A stretch of DNA of 39,274 nucleotides, taken from the IMG/VR virus record IMGVR_UViG_3300045988_104228, positions 1 to 39,274 of that record, one strand, 5' to 3'. Positions 31,244-39,155 of this stretch are shown piece after piece. How positions within the stretch are numbered: position 1 is the first letter of the stretch; the number at the start of each line of letters is the position of its first letter. The DNA comes from a virus. The position numbers and the translations under genes were made by a program. Under the pieces are notes generated by a model that saw nothing but the letters and a program-made list of their open reading frames with translations, was not told where the DNA came from and made no database searches.

Positions 31244-33340
31244 GTGTATAAGATAATCAACGCGACAAAACGCGCAGCGGTAAGAACTGCTTATGCCAAG
31301 CGGACTCGTCACATAATCAACCGGATAACATTCGGACATTATGTGACGACTCTCGGGATTCGTTCTTTTGTCTCGGATAAGGTCGTCATAACGGACGGTT
31401 TGCAGAGCTTGAGCGTGACGCAGGTTCTCAACGGAGACGAGGACGCAACAGTCGGAAGCGTAGGCTCAAGCTCCTATTCCGCGACTTTTGATAATCCGTC
31501 GTCCACCTTTAACTACCGCGACAAGATAGCTTTTGTCGAGAGCGGCGTGCTTCTGGCGGACGGAACATATTATTACACGCCCTGCGGATATTTTGCGACA
31601 GAGAAGCCGGAAACGGACGACGACGGAAAGACCCTGGCCGTCACCGGATATGACGAGATAGACAAAATGGGCGGCAAGTGGACGCCGTCTATCACCGTGA
31701 CAGATACCACGACACTAAAAGATATCGTCGAGAATATCGCGAGTATGCACGGCTTGAGCGTGACATATGTCGATACGGCGGCACAGACTGCCTTGAAAAA
31801 TCATGTTATCGGCGTTGCAACAGCCGCAGAACTGACGGAGCAGAGCGAGCGAGATGTGCTCGGCTACTGCGTCGGATGCGCGGGAATGTCTGCACGAGTA
31901 AACACGGTCGGAAAGCTTTATATCTCGTGGTTTTTTAGTCCGGGCAGTACCTATGACTACACCGTGACGGCAGATGTCCAGTGGGAAAACGGTTTTAAAA
32001 AGTCCGCAGAGAGCGCGGTCAAAATAGAAGCGGTTACAGCGGGCGAGGACGAAGATGTCTATACGAAAGGCGCAGGAGTTCCACTGTCTTTTGCAAATCC
32101 GCTTGTTACCCATGCCGAGATAGACGCGATATATGCACGGTATAACGGGCGTACATGGTATCCGTCAACTTGTACATGGCGCGGAGACCCGTGTGTAGAG
32201 GTCGGGGATATTATCACCGTCAAAGACAAAAACAACAAGTCATATACCATCTATGTAGCACAGCAAGAGTTAGACCTCTCCGGCGGCTTGCAGTCCACAA
32301 TCACATCTCCCAATCTCGACACAACGGAGATGTCTTTCGACTCGGTCAGCGCGTCCGTAAAGCTTGAACTCAGCAAGGTTAAAAACTCGATGGAAGCGGC
32401 AATAAAAGCCGCCACAGACGCTATAAACGGGGCAAACGGCGGATATTACCGCATTCTCGACCTCGACAAGGACGGAAACCCGGACGGATGGGAATGTTTC
32501 GCGACAGACGGCTTGCGGGGCGTTAAATGCACCTACGGCGGTATAGGCTGCACAACAAACGGCGGCAAGACCTACACCAACGCCATGACCGGAGCGGGCA
32601 TAAACGCAACAGCTATAACGACGGGTATCATCACAGGCGGCACAAACGGATTTTCTTTTAACCTCGAAACCGGACACATCGAAGCCTCCGATATCAACAT
32701 CACTGGCGGCGATATAAACCTTGACGGCGGTCAGTTGTCAATAGAAAACAGCGGATTTAAGACCGACCTGTCAAGCGGATATTTGCAGATGTATTACACC
32801 ACAAATATGCAAACCGGCGCAAATTATGAGTACTTTGACATTAACAATACGCTGATTGGCACGAAGTTTTATGCGACGCTCGCCGCGCCGAAGCCTGCCG
32901 CCGCGCTTGGCGTTACATCAAACGGTTTTCGATTTGGCGAGAAAGCAGAAAACGCCACGCTTGTAAACCATTGGAACACCGATTATGCCGTGATAGAAAA
33001 AGATAACGCAAGATTTCGCAAAAAAGTCGAGGTCAACGAGCCTTTAAGCGTTGCTGCAGGCGGCGACGCCATCGGGTTTATCGCGCATGCACCAAACGGC
33101 GCGAACGATGTAAGCGCGGAGCTTGGTGCTACGAGTGACGCGAGCGCACTGCTGCAAATCGTCAACAACACCAAAGGCACGGTTCCGGCGCGAATTGAAA
33201 TCTACTCGAGCGGAACAAACGGAAAGGGCATGACTTTAAAGCTTACTTCCGGCGGCGGTTACACCGGACGACTATTTTTAGACACCACCGGACTGTATGC
33301 CGAATTTAACGACAGCGGCGACTACAAAAAACTCGCTTAG
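31244..33340 (+). CDS. Tail-associated / baseplate hub protein (Tal-like), GTG start
   Basis: 698 aa after Dit; SD AAGGGGG. Confidence 0.65.
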   Translation: MYKIINATKRAAVRTAYAKRTRHIINRITFGHYVTTLGIRSFVSDKVVITDGLQSLSVTQVLNGDEDATVGSVGSSSYSATFDNPSSTFNYRDKIAFVESGVLLADGTYYYTPCGYFATEKPETDDDGKTLAVTGYDEIDKMGGKWTPSITVTDTTTLKDIVENIASMHGLSVTYVDTAAQTALKNHVIGVATAAELTEQSERDVLGYCVGCAGMSARVNTVGKLYISWFFSPGSTYDYTVTADVQWENGFKKSAESAVKIEAVTAGEDEDVYTKGAGVPLSFANPLVTHAEIDAIYARYNGRTWYPSTCTWRGDPCVEVGDIITVKDKNNKSYTIYVAQQELDLSGGLQSTITSPNLDTTEMSFDSVSASVKLELSKVKNSMEAAIKAATDAINGANGGYYRILDLDKDGNPDGWECFATDGLRGVKCTYGGIGCTTNGGKTYTNAMTGAGINATAITTGIITGGTNGFSFNLETGHIEASDINITGGDINLDGGQLSIENSGFKTDLSSGYLQMYYTTNMQTGANYEYFDINNTLIGTKFYATLAAPKPAAALGVTSNGFRFGEKAENATLVNHWNTDYAVIEKDNARFRKKVEVNEPLSVAAGGDAIGFIAHAPNGANDVSAELGATSDASALLQIVNNTKGTVPARIEIYSSGTNGKGMTLKLTSGGGYTGRLFLDTTGLYAEFNDSGDYKKLA

Positions 33341-33349
33341 GGGGCTATC

Positions 33350-33583
33350 ATGACAAAAACCGAAATTGAACAGAAAATCGCAGAAGTCAAAGCGCAGGGC
33401 GACGCCTTGCAGAAGCACAACTCTCAAATAATGCAGCAGCTCGAAGTCAACAAGCTCGAGCTTGCGAAAATCTGCGGCAAAATCGAACTGTTGTCCGATA
33501 TGCTCTCAGAACTCGAAAAAACGCCCGTGGAGGGCGAGAATGGGGAGGCGGAAAAAGATGCAGACAAGAACGATAACGGTTGA
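33350..33583 (+). CDS. Small coiled-coil protein
   Basis: SD GGGGG; heptad-rich sequence. Confidence 0.5.
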   Translation: MTKTEIEQKIAEVKAQGDALQKHNSQIMQQLEVNKLELAKICGKIELLSDMLSELEKTPVEGENGEAEKDADKNDNG

Positions 33584-34469
33584 TTATGCCCGCCCGCGTG
33601 GCTACGACGTAGGCTACCGCGCCGAAAATAATTTTACTCTGCTTGCCTTGCCTGTGCCCAAAGAGCTCGAGGGCGCGGACAGCTACAGAGTCTATTTTGA
33701 ATCAACGGTCGGCAAGCATCTGCAAACTGAGCTGTTGACTCCTGTGAACGGCTATGTGACTGTCAAAATAACGAGCGATGTTGTGCCAGAGCCGGGCAAC
33801 ATGGCAGCGCAGCTTGTCGCTTTTGCGGACGGCGAGAGAGTTGGCTATGCGCCTATGATAACAGGCTCTGCAAAGGTGTCGATCCCGGACGGCACAGAGC
33901 GGTTGAGTCACAGCCTCGCCGCCGAAATCGCGCTTAACACTGCCGCACGGCATTCGCACGACAACAAATTCGTGCTTGATAAGTTTGCCGAGTCAAAAGA
34001 CGGCAAGCCGACCTATGGCGGTCAGGCTTTAGGCGGTGGCGGCGCGTCAACCGCTGAAGACGTCAGTTATACCAACACACAGTTGCCGAATGCCGAAAAT
34101 GTTAAGACGGCACTCGACAATCTCGTTTCTAACTCTCACACCCACGACAACAAGGCAGTCCTTGACGGCATAACCGCCGAGAAAACAGCCGAGTGGGACG
34201 GCAAGTCTGATTTTAGCGGCAGTTACAACGACTTGACCGACAAGCCGACCATACCCACAGTGCCGACAAAGGTGTCGGCATTTGAAAATGACAAAGGTTA
34301 TCTGACGGAGCATCAGGACTTGACCGCGTATGCCAAAGAGACAGATATTCCGACCGCACTTAAAAATCCGTATGCGCTGACGATAAAAATCGGCGACGAG
34401 ACCGTTGTCTATGACGGCTCGGCGGCGAAAGAGGTTGGAATCGCAGACGGCACGGAGGTGGAATATTAA
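33558..34469 (+). CDS. Tail fibre protein with repeated H-x-H motifs
   Basis: SD GGAGG before ATG 33558; ARHSHDNKFVLDKF and NSHTHDNKAVLDGI repeats are typical of trimeric fibre shafts. Confidence 0.7.
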   Translation: MQTRTITVDYARPRGYDVGYRAENNFTLLALPVPKELEGADSYRVYFESTVGKHLQTELLTPVNGYVTVKITSDVVPEPGNMAAQLVAFADGERVGYAPMITGSAKVSIPDGTERLSHSLAAEIALNTAARHSHDNKFVLDKFAESKDGKPTYGGQALGGGGASTAEDVSYTNTQLPNAENVKTALDNLVSNSHTHDNKAVLDGITAEKTAEWDGKSDFSGSYNDLTDKPTIPTVPTKVSAFENDKGYLTEHQDLTAYAKETDIPTALKNPYALTIKIGDETVVYDGSAAKEVGIADGTEVEY

Positions 34470-35233
34470 TGGCAAAAAAACTCTATGAAGAAGCGTCCGT
34501 GCAAGCGATTGCAGACGCAATCAGGGCTAAGATCGGTAGCACCGACACATATAAGATTGCAGAAATGCCAACCGCGATATCGGCAATACCGACGGGCGGT
34601 AGCGCAGATAGTCAAGATGACGCTATAATCCAGCGCACGATATCGGGCGCATATTCAAACGACCGTATAACGACGGTCGGAGCGTGCGCATTTTTAGGAT
34701 GTCAAGCTCTTACAGCGATTGATTTGCCGAATGTCACTGAAATTAAACGCAATGCTTTTGAGTCGTGCGTTCAGCTGTCAACAATAAATCTTCCCAAGGT
34801 CACCGCGCTTGACAGAGGTGTTTTTACAAATTCTGCAATACAACAAGCCTATTTCCCATTGGTGACAACGATAGGCGACAATTGTTTTTATACCGCAAAG
34901 CATCTGACATCTGCAAATCTACCGCTTGTTACAAGTTTACCGATTGACTCTTTTCGCCTCTCGACAGTTCAGACAGCTGATTTTGCGGCGATAACAAATA
35001 TAAACCGCACGGCGTTTACTGACTGCCAATCCCTTGAGACGCTCGTCATCCGCACTCCGTCCGTTTGTGTGATATCCGACATTTCGGTTGCGTTGCGCGG
35101 AAGCAAGATAGCATCTGGCACGGGGTATATTTATGTGCCGGATAACCTTGTCGACAGTTATAAGGCGGCGACAAACTGGGTTGCTCTTGCAAATCAAATT
35201 AAGCCGATTTCGGCGTTGGAGGCGGGCACATGA
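34469..35233 (+). CDS. BspA-type leucine-rich-repeat protein (candidate receptor-binding or accessory fibre protein)
   Basis: Repeating units of about 23 aa: ...AFLGCQALTAIDLPNVTEIKRNAFESCVQLSTINLPKVTALDRGVF... Confidence 0.7.
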   Translation: MAKKLYEEASVQAIADAIRAKIGSTDTYKIAEMPTAISAIPTGGSADSQDDAIIQRTISGAYSNDRITTVGACAFLGCQALTAIDLPNVTEIKRNAFESCVQLSTINLPKVTALDRGVFTNSAIQQAYFPLVTTIGDNCFYTAKHLTSANLPLVTSLPIDSFRLSTVQTADFAAITNINRTAFTDCQSLETLVIRTPSVCVISDISVALRGSKIASGTGYIYVPDNLVDSYKAATNWVALANQIKPISALEAGT

Positions 35234-35436
35234 TAAAAACAGAGACGCGCGCCGATGGACTTATCCGCACCTATAGCGACAGCGGAAAAAGAATCCAAAA
35301 AGACGGCACAACTGAGATTTACGACGAGGCGATTGACCTTGCAAGTGCAGGATATACTTACACGGAAACGGAAGAAACGGCGGAGATATCCGACACCGAG
35401 GCGCTTGAAATTATCACAGGAGGTGCGGACGCATGA
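35230..35436 (+). CDS. Small hypothetical protein (XkdX-like position)
   Basis: SD GGAGG; between the fibre genes and the lysis module. Confidence 0.5.
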   Translation: MIKTETRADGLIRTYSDSGKRIQKDGTTEIYDEAIDLASAGYTYTETEETAEISDTEALEIITGGADA

Positions 35437-35861
35437 CGCGAGCAGAAGCAAAGGCTTATCGCGACAAGATAGACGGCGTTTTGACAAAGGTCACGACGGA
35501 CGCAGAAGCTTTGGAGTATGCCGAGCTTTATCCGCTGTGGAGCGGGTATGTCGATTATGCCGTCGGCAGTATAGTCCGCAGACCGAGCGGGCTCTATCGC
35601 TGCTACAACGCTATAACGGCAAATCCGACATGGTTGCCGGAGGATGTGGCGGCGCACTGGGAACGCATCACGGTCGGCGAGGACGGCACAATCAACAATC
35701 CTATCACGGCGGTGGCTGGTATGAGGTACTACAAAGACCTATATTATGCTGACGCCGGAAAAACATACAAGTGCATACGCGACGACACCGACGGTCAAGG
35801 TACTATCTTGTACTATGTACCATCTCAGTTAGTCGGAATCTATTTTGAGGAGGCAGAGTAA
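35433..35861 (+). CDS. Hypothetical protein with CBM5/12-like carbohydrate-binding motifs
   Basis: W..YVDYAVGSIVRRPSGLYRCYNAITANPTWLPEDVAAHWERI pattern. Confidence 0.5.
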   Translation: MTRAEAKAYRDKIDGVLTKVTTDAEALEYAELYPLWSGYVDYAVGSIVRRPSGLYRCYNAITANPTWLPEDVAAHWERITVGEDGTINNPITAVAGMRYYKDLYYADAGKTYKCIRDDTDGQGTILYYVPSQLVGIYFEEAE

Positions 35862-36863
35862 ATGAATATCTGCGTATCAATCGGTCACGGAAAATCAGCA
35901 AAGGGCGGCTATGACAGCGGCGCACTCGGCGGAAACTATCAGGAATTTAAGATAGGACGCGAAATAGGCAGGTACATAGGCGAGATTTTTAAAGGCTATG
36001 CCTGCACAGCCGATGTCATAAACTATGACGCGACGCTTTATCTCACCGAGCGAATAGCCCACGTCAACAAACACGGCTATGATTTGGCGATTGAAATCCA
36101 CCTCAACGCCGCAGGCGGCACAGGCTCGGAGGTCTATTACAAGCACAAGAGCGCAAAGGGTAAAAAGCTCGCGGCGGCAATCAGCAAGAGCATAGCTAAT
36201 ACTTTCGGCATCCGCGACAGAGGCGCCAAGGTCAAAATTAATCCTGCAAACGGCACGGACTATTTTGGATTTGTCCGCTCGTGCAAGTGCGAATCTCTGC
36301 TGATAGAGACCGTGTTTATTGATACAGCGAGCGACCGCAAGCACGTCGAGACCGCCGCAGGACAGAAGCAGTGCGCAGAGGCTATCGTCAAGGCTATCGC
36401 CGATTTTTACGGCATAAAGAAAAAGTCCGCTCCGGCAGTCAAGCCGAGTGAGGACGAGCCTGCGTCGGCAACCGTCAGAGCGGGCGATATCGTCAAGATA
36501 AAGGGCAGCAAGTACGCCACCGGGCAGAAGATACCGATGTGGGTCAAGCTTAAAAAGCACACAGTTAAATCAATCAGCGGAAACAAGGCACTGCTGAAAG
36601 AAATTAACAGCTGGGTGTACATAAGCGATTTGACCGTTTTGCAGTCAACTGCAAAGACCGTCACGGTCGGTAGCAAGGTGAAAATCAAGTCGGGCGCGAC
36701 CTACGGCGGACTCACGGCGGCACGCGGCTCCATCGTTCCGGGTGCGCAGCTGACAAGGACTCACACCGTCGGCAAAATACAGACAAACGGCGGAGTCCGG
36801 GAGGCTCTTTTGACTGATATCGCGAGCTGGGTTGCCGTCAAATATCTGGAGGTAGTCGGATGA
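35862..36863 (+). CDS. Endolysin: N-acetylmuramoyl-L-alanine amidase (Amidase_3) with two C-terminal SH3-like wall-binding repeats
   Basis: ICVSIGHGKSAKGGYDSGA, AIEIHLNA, ESLLIETVFID; duplicated G(D/S).VKIK...W(V).(I/V) modules. Confidence 0.9.
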   Translation: MNICVSIGHGKSAKGGYDSGALGGNYQEFKIGREIGRYIGEIFKGYACTADVINYDATLYLTERIAHVNKHGYDLAIEIHLNAAGGTGSEVYYKHKSAKGKKLAAAISKSIANTFGIRDRGAKVKINPANGTDYFGFVRSCKCESLLIETVFIDTASDRKHVETAAGQKQCAEAIVKAIADFYGIKKKSAPAVKPSEDEPASATVRAGDIVKIKGSKYATGQKIPMWVKLKKHTVKSISGNKALLKEINSWVYISDLTVLQSTAKTVTVGSKVKIKSGATYGGLTAARGSIVPGAQLTRTHTVGKIQTNGGVREALLTDIASWVAVKYLEVVG

Positions 36864-37258
36864 CCGTAGGAGAAATCGCCGCAATATGCGGCATACCGTC
36901 GGCGTTGACCGTCGCCATTGTCGGCTTTTTTGTGTGGCTCTTGCAGCGCAGTATCGTAAAACGCGAAACTGCCCGAGCGGCAGAAGAAGCCAAACGCGAA
37001 AAAGCCCGCGCCGCAGAGGACGCAAAGCTCGAAGCGGAGCGCGTAAAACAGGAAAACTCGCGAAAAGCGTTTGAAAAAAATCTGCTTGCGACCTCAAACG
37101 CGGCTCTCGCGCTCGGGGAAGCGACCGCCCGCGCCGTCCAGCGCATACCGGACGCACACTGCAACGGCGATATGCACGCGGCACTTAACTACGCCGCGAA
37201 AATCAAGCACGAACAGCGGGATTTTCTCGCTGCTCAGGGCATAGATAACATATTTTAA
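36860..37258 (+). CDS. Membrane-anchored coiled-coil protein in the lysis cassette
   Basis: N-terminal TM IAAICGIPSALTVAIVGFFVWLL, then a K/E/A-rich helix. Confidence 0.55.
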   Translation: MTVGEIAAICGIPSALTVAIVGFFVWLLQRSIVKRETARAAEEAKREKARAAEDAKLEAERVKQENSRKAFEKNLLATSNAALALGEATARAVQRIPDAHCNGDMHAALNYAAKIKHEQRDFLAAQGIDNIF

Positions 37259-37276
37259 TTTCAGGAGGCTATCAAA

Positions 37277-37579
37277 ATGGCAAAAATCAAAGACATACTC
37301 GCAAACATCAGCAACGTCAAGGTCGGCACGTGGGTGCGCGGCATCCTGCTGATTATCTCGCTCGTCAACATGGCGCTTTCCGCTGCCGGAAAAGCTCCGA
37401 TTCCTGCGGACTACAATGAGCTGTACACCATCGTCAGCGTCGTGTTCTCGGTGCTTGTCGGAATTTCGGCATACTGGAAAAATAACAGCTTTACTGAGGC
37501 GGCACAGACTGCCGATAAGTTCCTGCACGAGCAGGGCTCGGCGATTGAGGATCCGGGCACGGACGAGGAGGCAGAGTGA
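37277..37579 (+). CDS. Holin (LL-H / phage_holin_1-like)
   Basis: Two TM segments (WVRGILLIISLVNMALSAAG; IVSVVFSVLVGISAYW) and an acidic C-terminus; next to the endolysin. Confidence 0.7.
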   Translation: MAKIKDILANISNVKVGTWVRGILLIISLVNMALSAAGKAPIPADYNELYTIVSVVFSVLVGISAYWKNNSFTEAAQTADKFLHEQGSAIEDPGTDEEAE

Positions 37580-37683
37580 TGATAACAGCTATCCTTTTTA
37601 ATCTGCTTAATATGCTCGGACTTTACGGCGCGGGCATCATCGTGGCGGTGCTCAAGCTTCTTGGCATGATTTCTTGCGGGTAA
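37579..37683 (+). CDS. Small hydrophobic peptide (34 aa)
   Basis: ATGA overlap with the holin stop; MITAILFNLLNMLGLYGAGIIVAVLKLLGMISCG. Confidence 0.35.
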   Translation: MITAILFNLLNMLGLYGAGIIVAVLKLLGMISCG

Positions 37684-37684
37684 C

Positions 37685-37717
37685 TTCCGTGCGTTTTCCG
37701 TGCGTTTTCCGTGCGTT
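37685..37717. repeat. Perfect tandem repeat, 3 x 11 bp (TTCCGTGCGTT)
   Basis: Read directly; starts 2 nt after the last lysis-cassette stop codon. Confidence 0.9.
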
Positions 37718-37758
37718 TTGAAACCAACTTGCTTACAACTTGCGACTAACTTAGGATT

Positions 37759-37810
37759 AAAAAACGACCGGGCAGGGGAGAAATCCCTTGCCCGGTCATT
37801 TTTGTTTTTG
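37759..37810. terminator. Bidirectional rho-independent terminator
   Basis: 13-bp stem GACCGGGCAGGGG/CCCTTGCCCGGTC, flanked by AAAAAA on the left and TTTTTGTTTTT on the right; separates convergent genes. Confidence 0.8.
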
Positions 37811-37812
37811 GA

Positions 37813-37998
37813 TTAGTCGACAAGCGCGAGCTCGTCGTAGTAGTACTGTTTGTCGTCGATTGTGACTTCCGGCTCGCCGTTGATGGCTGCGTCGTTGCTG
37901 TACTCGCCCGCGAAAGCGATGGCTTCGTCAAGTGTAAAGCTGCGGTTGGTGATGATCTCGTAGACGGTTTCGTTGGTGTTGGTGTTGATGATTTTCAT
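37813..37998 (-). CDS. Small acidic hypothetical protein (61 aa)
   Basis: Own consensus promoter; 13 D/E versus 3 K/R. Confidence 0.6.
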   Translation of the reverse strand: MKIINTNTNETVYEIITNRSFTLDEAIAFAGEYSNDAAINGEPEVTIDDKQYYYDELALVD

Positions 37999-38035
37999 TT
38001 TCTTTTATCCTTTCTTTCAGAGCTTTCTGCTCTTT

Positions 38036-38087
38036 CATTGTCTATATTATAGCATACTATGCCGAGTATGTCAACACTTTTTTCAAA
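38036..38087. repeat. 52-bp promoter-region repeat, copy 1 (2 mismatches versus 38732-38783)
   Basis: cattgtctatattatagcatactatgccgagtatgtcaacacttttttcaaa. Confidence 0.9.
38046..38074 (-). promoter_or_regulatory. Consensus sigma70 promoter TTGACA-17-TATAAT with the inverted repeat CATACT-n6-AGTATG in the spacer
   Basis: Reverse complement reads TTGACAtactcggcatagtatgcTATAAT; drives 37813-37998. Confidence 0.8.
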
Positions 38088-38104
38088 AGTTTTTGAAAAA
38101 TATT

Positions 38105-38139
38105 TAAAAAAGCAGTCTCTTCCGCGAGGCTGCTCTTTT
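38105..38139 (-). terminator. Rho-independent terminator of the 38690-38154 operon
   Basis: AGCAGTCTC-ttccgc-GAGGCTGCT, with a T-run on the minus strand (AAAAAA on plus). Confidence 0.65.
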
Positions 38140-38153
38140 ATCTGTTTCCGTTA

Positions 38154-38351
38154 TTATTCGTCGCCTAAAAAGTCGACAATTGCTTTTTTGATGATCTGCG
38201 CCTGTGGTATGCCGTCGGCTTCGCATTTTGCCTTGAATCGTGCGACTAAGTCTTTCGGCAAGCTGGCGCGCACCATAGTGTATGTCTTGTCGTTATAACG
38301 GCGCTTGACCGCCGTCGAAGTGTGCGTCTTGCGCTTTGGTGCTTCTTCCAT
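38154..38351 (-). CDS. Ribbon-helix-helix (CopG/Arc/MetJ-like) DNA-binding protein
   Basis: YTMVRASLPKDLVARFKAKCEADGIPQAQIIKKAIVDFL fits a beta-strand plus two helices, the RHH pattern. Confidence 0.65.
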   Translation of the reverse strand: MEEAPKRKTHTSTAVKRRYNDKTYTMVRASLPKDLVARFKAKCEADGIPQAQIIKKAIVDFLGDE

Positions 38352-38378
38352 ACTTTTCTATCTCCACTTCCACTTGGA

Positions 38379-38690
38379 TTAAAACTTTATTTTGACCTGA
38401 TTGACAACGTTCTTGTCGTTTTCTGTGCCAATCTCAAGCACCATCCAAGGATTCTCCCAGTCGCAAGCGTCGGATCCGGGGCTGTAGCCATCGTGCACAT
38501 CGAAATCATCGTTGATTTTCCAATACACCTGATACTGATTGCCCGACTCATCTTCTGCTGTTGCTTCGTACCAGTTGTCCCAAACTCCGGTTGCGAGGCA
38601 TTTGCCGTCTTCGGAGACTTCGTGGCAGAAAGCACCTTCATAGCCGCAGATGTAAGCATCCTGAATAAGTTTGATTTCTTTGATTGCCAT
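38379..38690 (-). CDS. Acidic hypothetical protein (103 aa)
   Basis: First gene after the promoter; about 21 D/E versus 7 K. Confidence 0.6.
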   Translation of the reverse strand: MAIKEIKLIQDAYICGYEGAFCHEVSEDGKCLATGVWDNWYEATAEDESGNQYQVYWKINDDFDVHDGYSPGSDACDWENPWMVLEIGTENDKNVVNQVKIKF

Positions 38691-38731
38691 TGTTTTTTCT
38701 TCCTTTCTTTTTTTGAGGTTCTTGCCTCATT

Positions 38732-38783
38732 CATTGCCTATATTATATCATACTATGCCGAGTATGTCAACACTTTTTTCAAA
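38732..38783. repeat. 52-bp promoter-region repeat, copy 2
   Basis: cattgcctatattatatcatactatgccgagtatgtcaacacttttttcaaa. Confidence 0.9.
38742..38770 (-). promoter_or_regulatory. Second copy of the consensus promoter TTGACA-17-TATAAT with the same spacer inverted repeat
   Basis: Reverse complement reads TTGACAtactcggcatagtatgaTATAAT; drives 38690-38154. Confidence 0.8.
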
Positions 38784-38869
38784 CTTTTTTTAAAAAATTT
38801 GAAAGTTTTTTCTTTTTGATTTTAGCAACATATAACTATATAGTCAAGCCAAAAAAGTGGACACATAAC

Positions 38870-38891
38870 ATTTTGCCGACGTCGGCAAAAT
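38870..38891. repeat. 22-bp perfect palindrome ATTTTGCCGAC|GTCGGCAAAAT
   Basis: Read directly; flanking bases are wrong for a terminator (A-run follows the stem on both strands). Confidence 0.9.
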
Positions 38892-38956
38892 ATAAAACAG
38901 CAGCCCCGCCGGAGCGAGACTGCCGCGTGAAATAGGATATAGAGCCGGAGACTCTT
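38890..38956 (-). ncRNA. Candidate small RNA of about 65 nt, with its own promoter and terminator
   Basis: Promoter TTGCAA-16-TATAAT (38963-38990, minus); 5' hairpin AGAGTC-tcc-GGCTCT; 10-bp terminator stem (38900-38923) followed by TGTTTTATATTTT. Confidence 0.3.
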
Positions 38957-39011
38957 TATTGCATTATAGCACGATTCTTTATAATTGCAAGAGAAAATAA
39001 AATATAAAATA

Positions 39012-39040
39012 TTGACTTGTACGATCTTTGTGAATATAAT
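39012..39040 (+). promoter_or_regulatory. Sigma70-type promoter TTGACT-17-TATAAT reading into the att region
   Basis: ttgacttgtacgatctttgtgaatataat; no ORF downstream before the int 3' end. Confidence 0.5.
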
Positions 39041-39083
39041 ATCGAACTGAGTCGAGATAGTTTGGCGCGGTTTGAAAAGTTTT

Positions 39084-39105
39084 CAACAACTTACACACAA
39101 CTAAC
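39084..39105. repeat. Two copies of the 11-bp arm-like unit (CAACAACTTAC ACACAACTAAC)
   Basis: Same motif as 82-114, on the other side of the inverted-repeat core. Confidence 0.45.
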
Positions 39106-39155
39106 AAAACAAGTCCGAAAGCCTTATTTTTCAAGGAATTAGTGTTATCCGCACC

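Noticed and set aside
37685-37717. A CRISPR array or mini-array (also considered for the repeats at 82-114 and 16575-16610).
   Set aside because: The units are 10-11 bp and directly abutting, with no spacers. No cas genes and no repeat of CRISPR length (about 24-48 bp) occur anywhere in the window.
38819-38847. An additional minus-strand promoter, TTGACT-17-TAAAAT.
   Set aside because: It lies in a very AT-rich stretch where such matches arise by chance, and it is redundant with the duplicated consensus promoter 50 bp downstream. It is not called.
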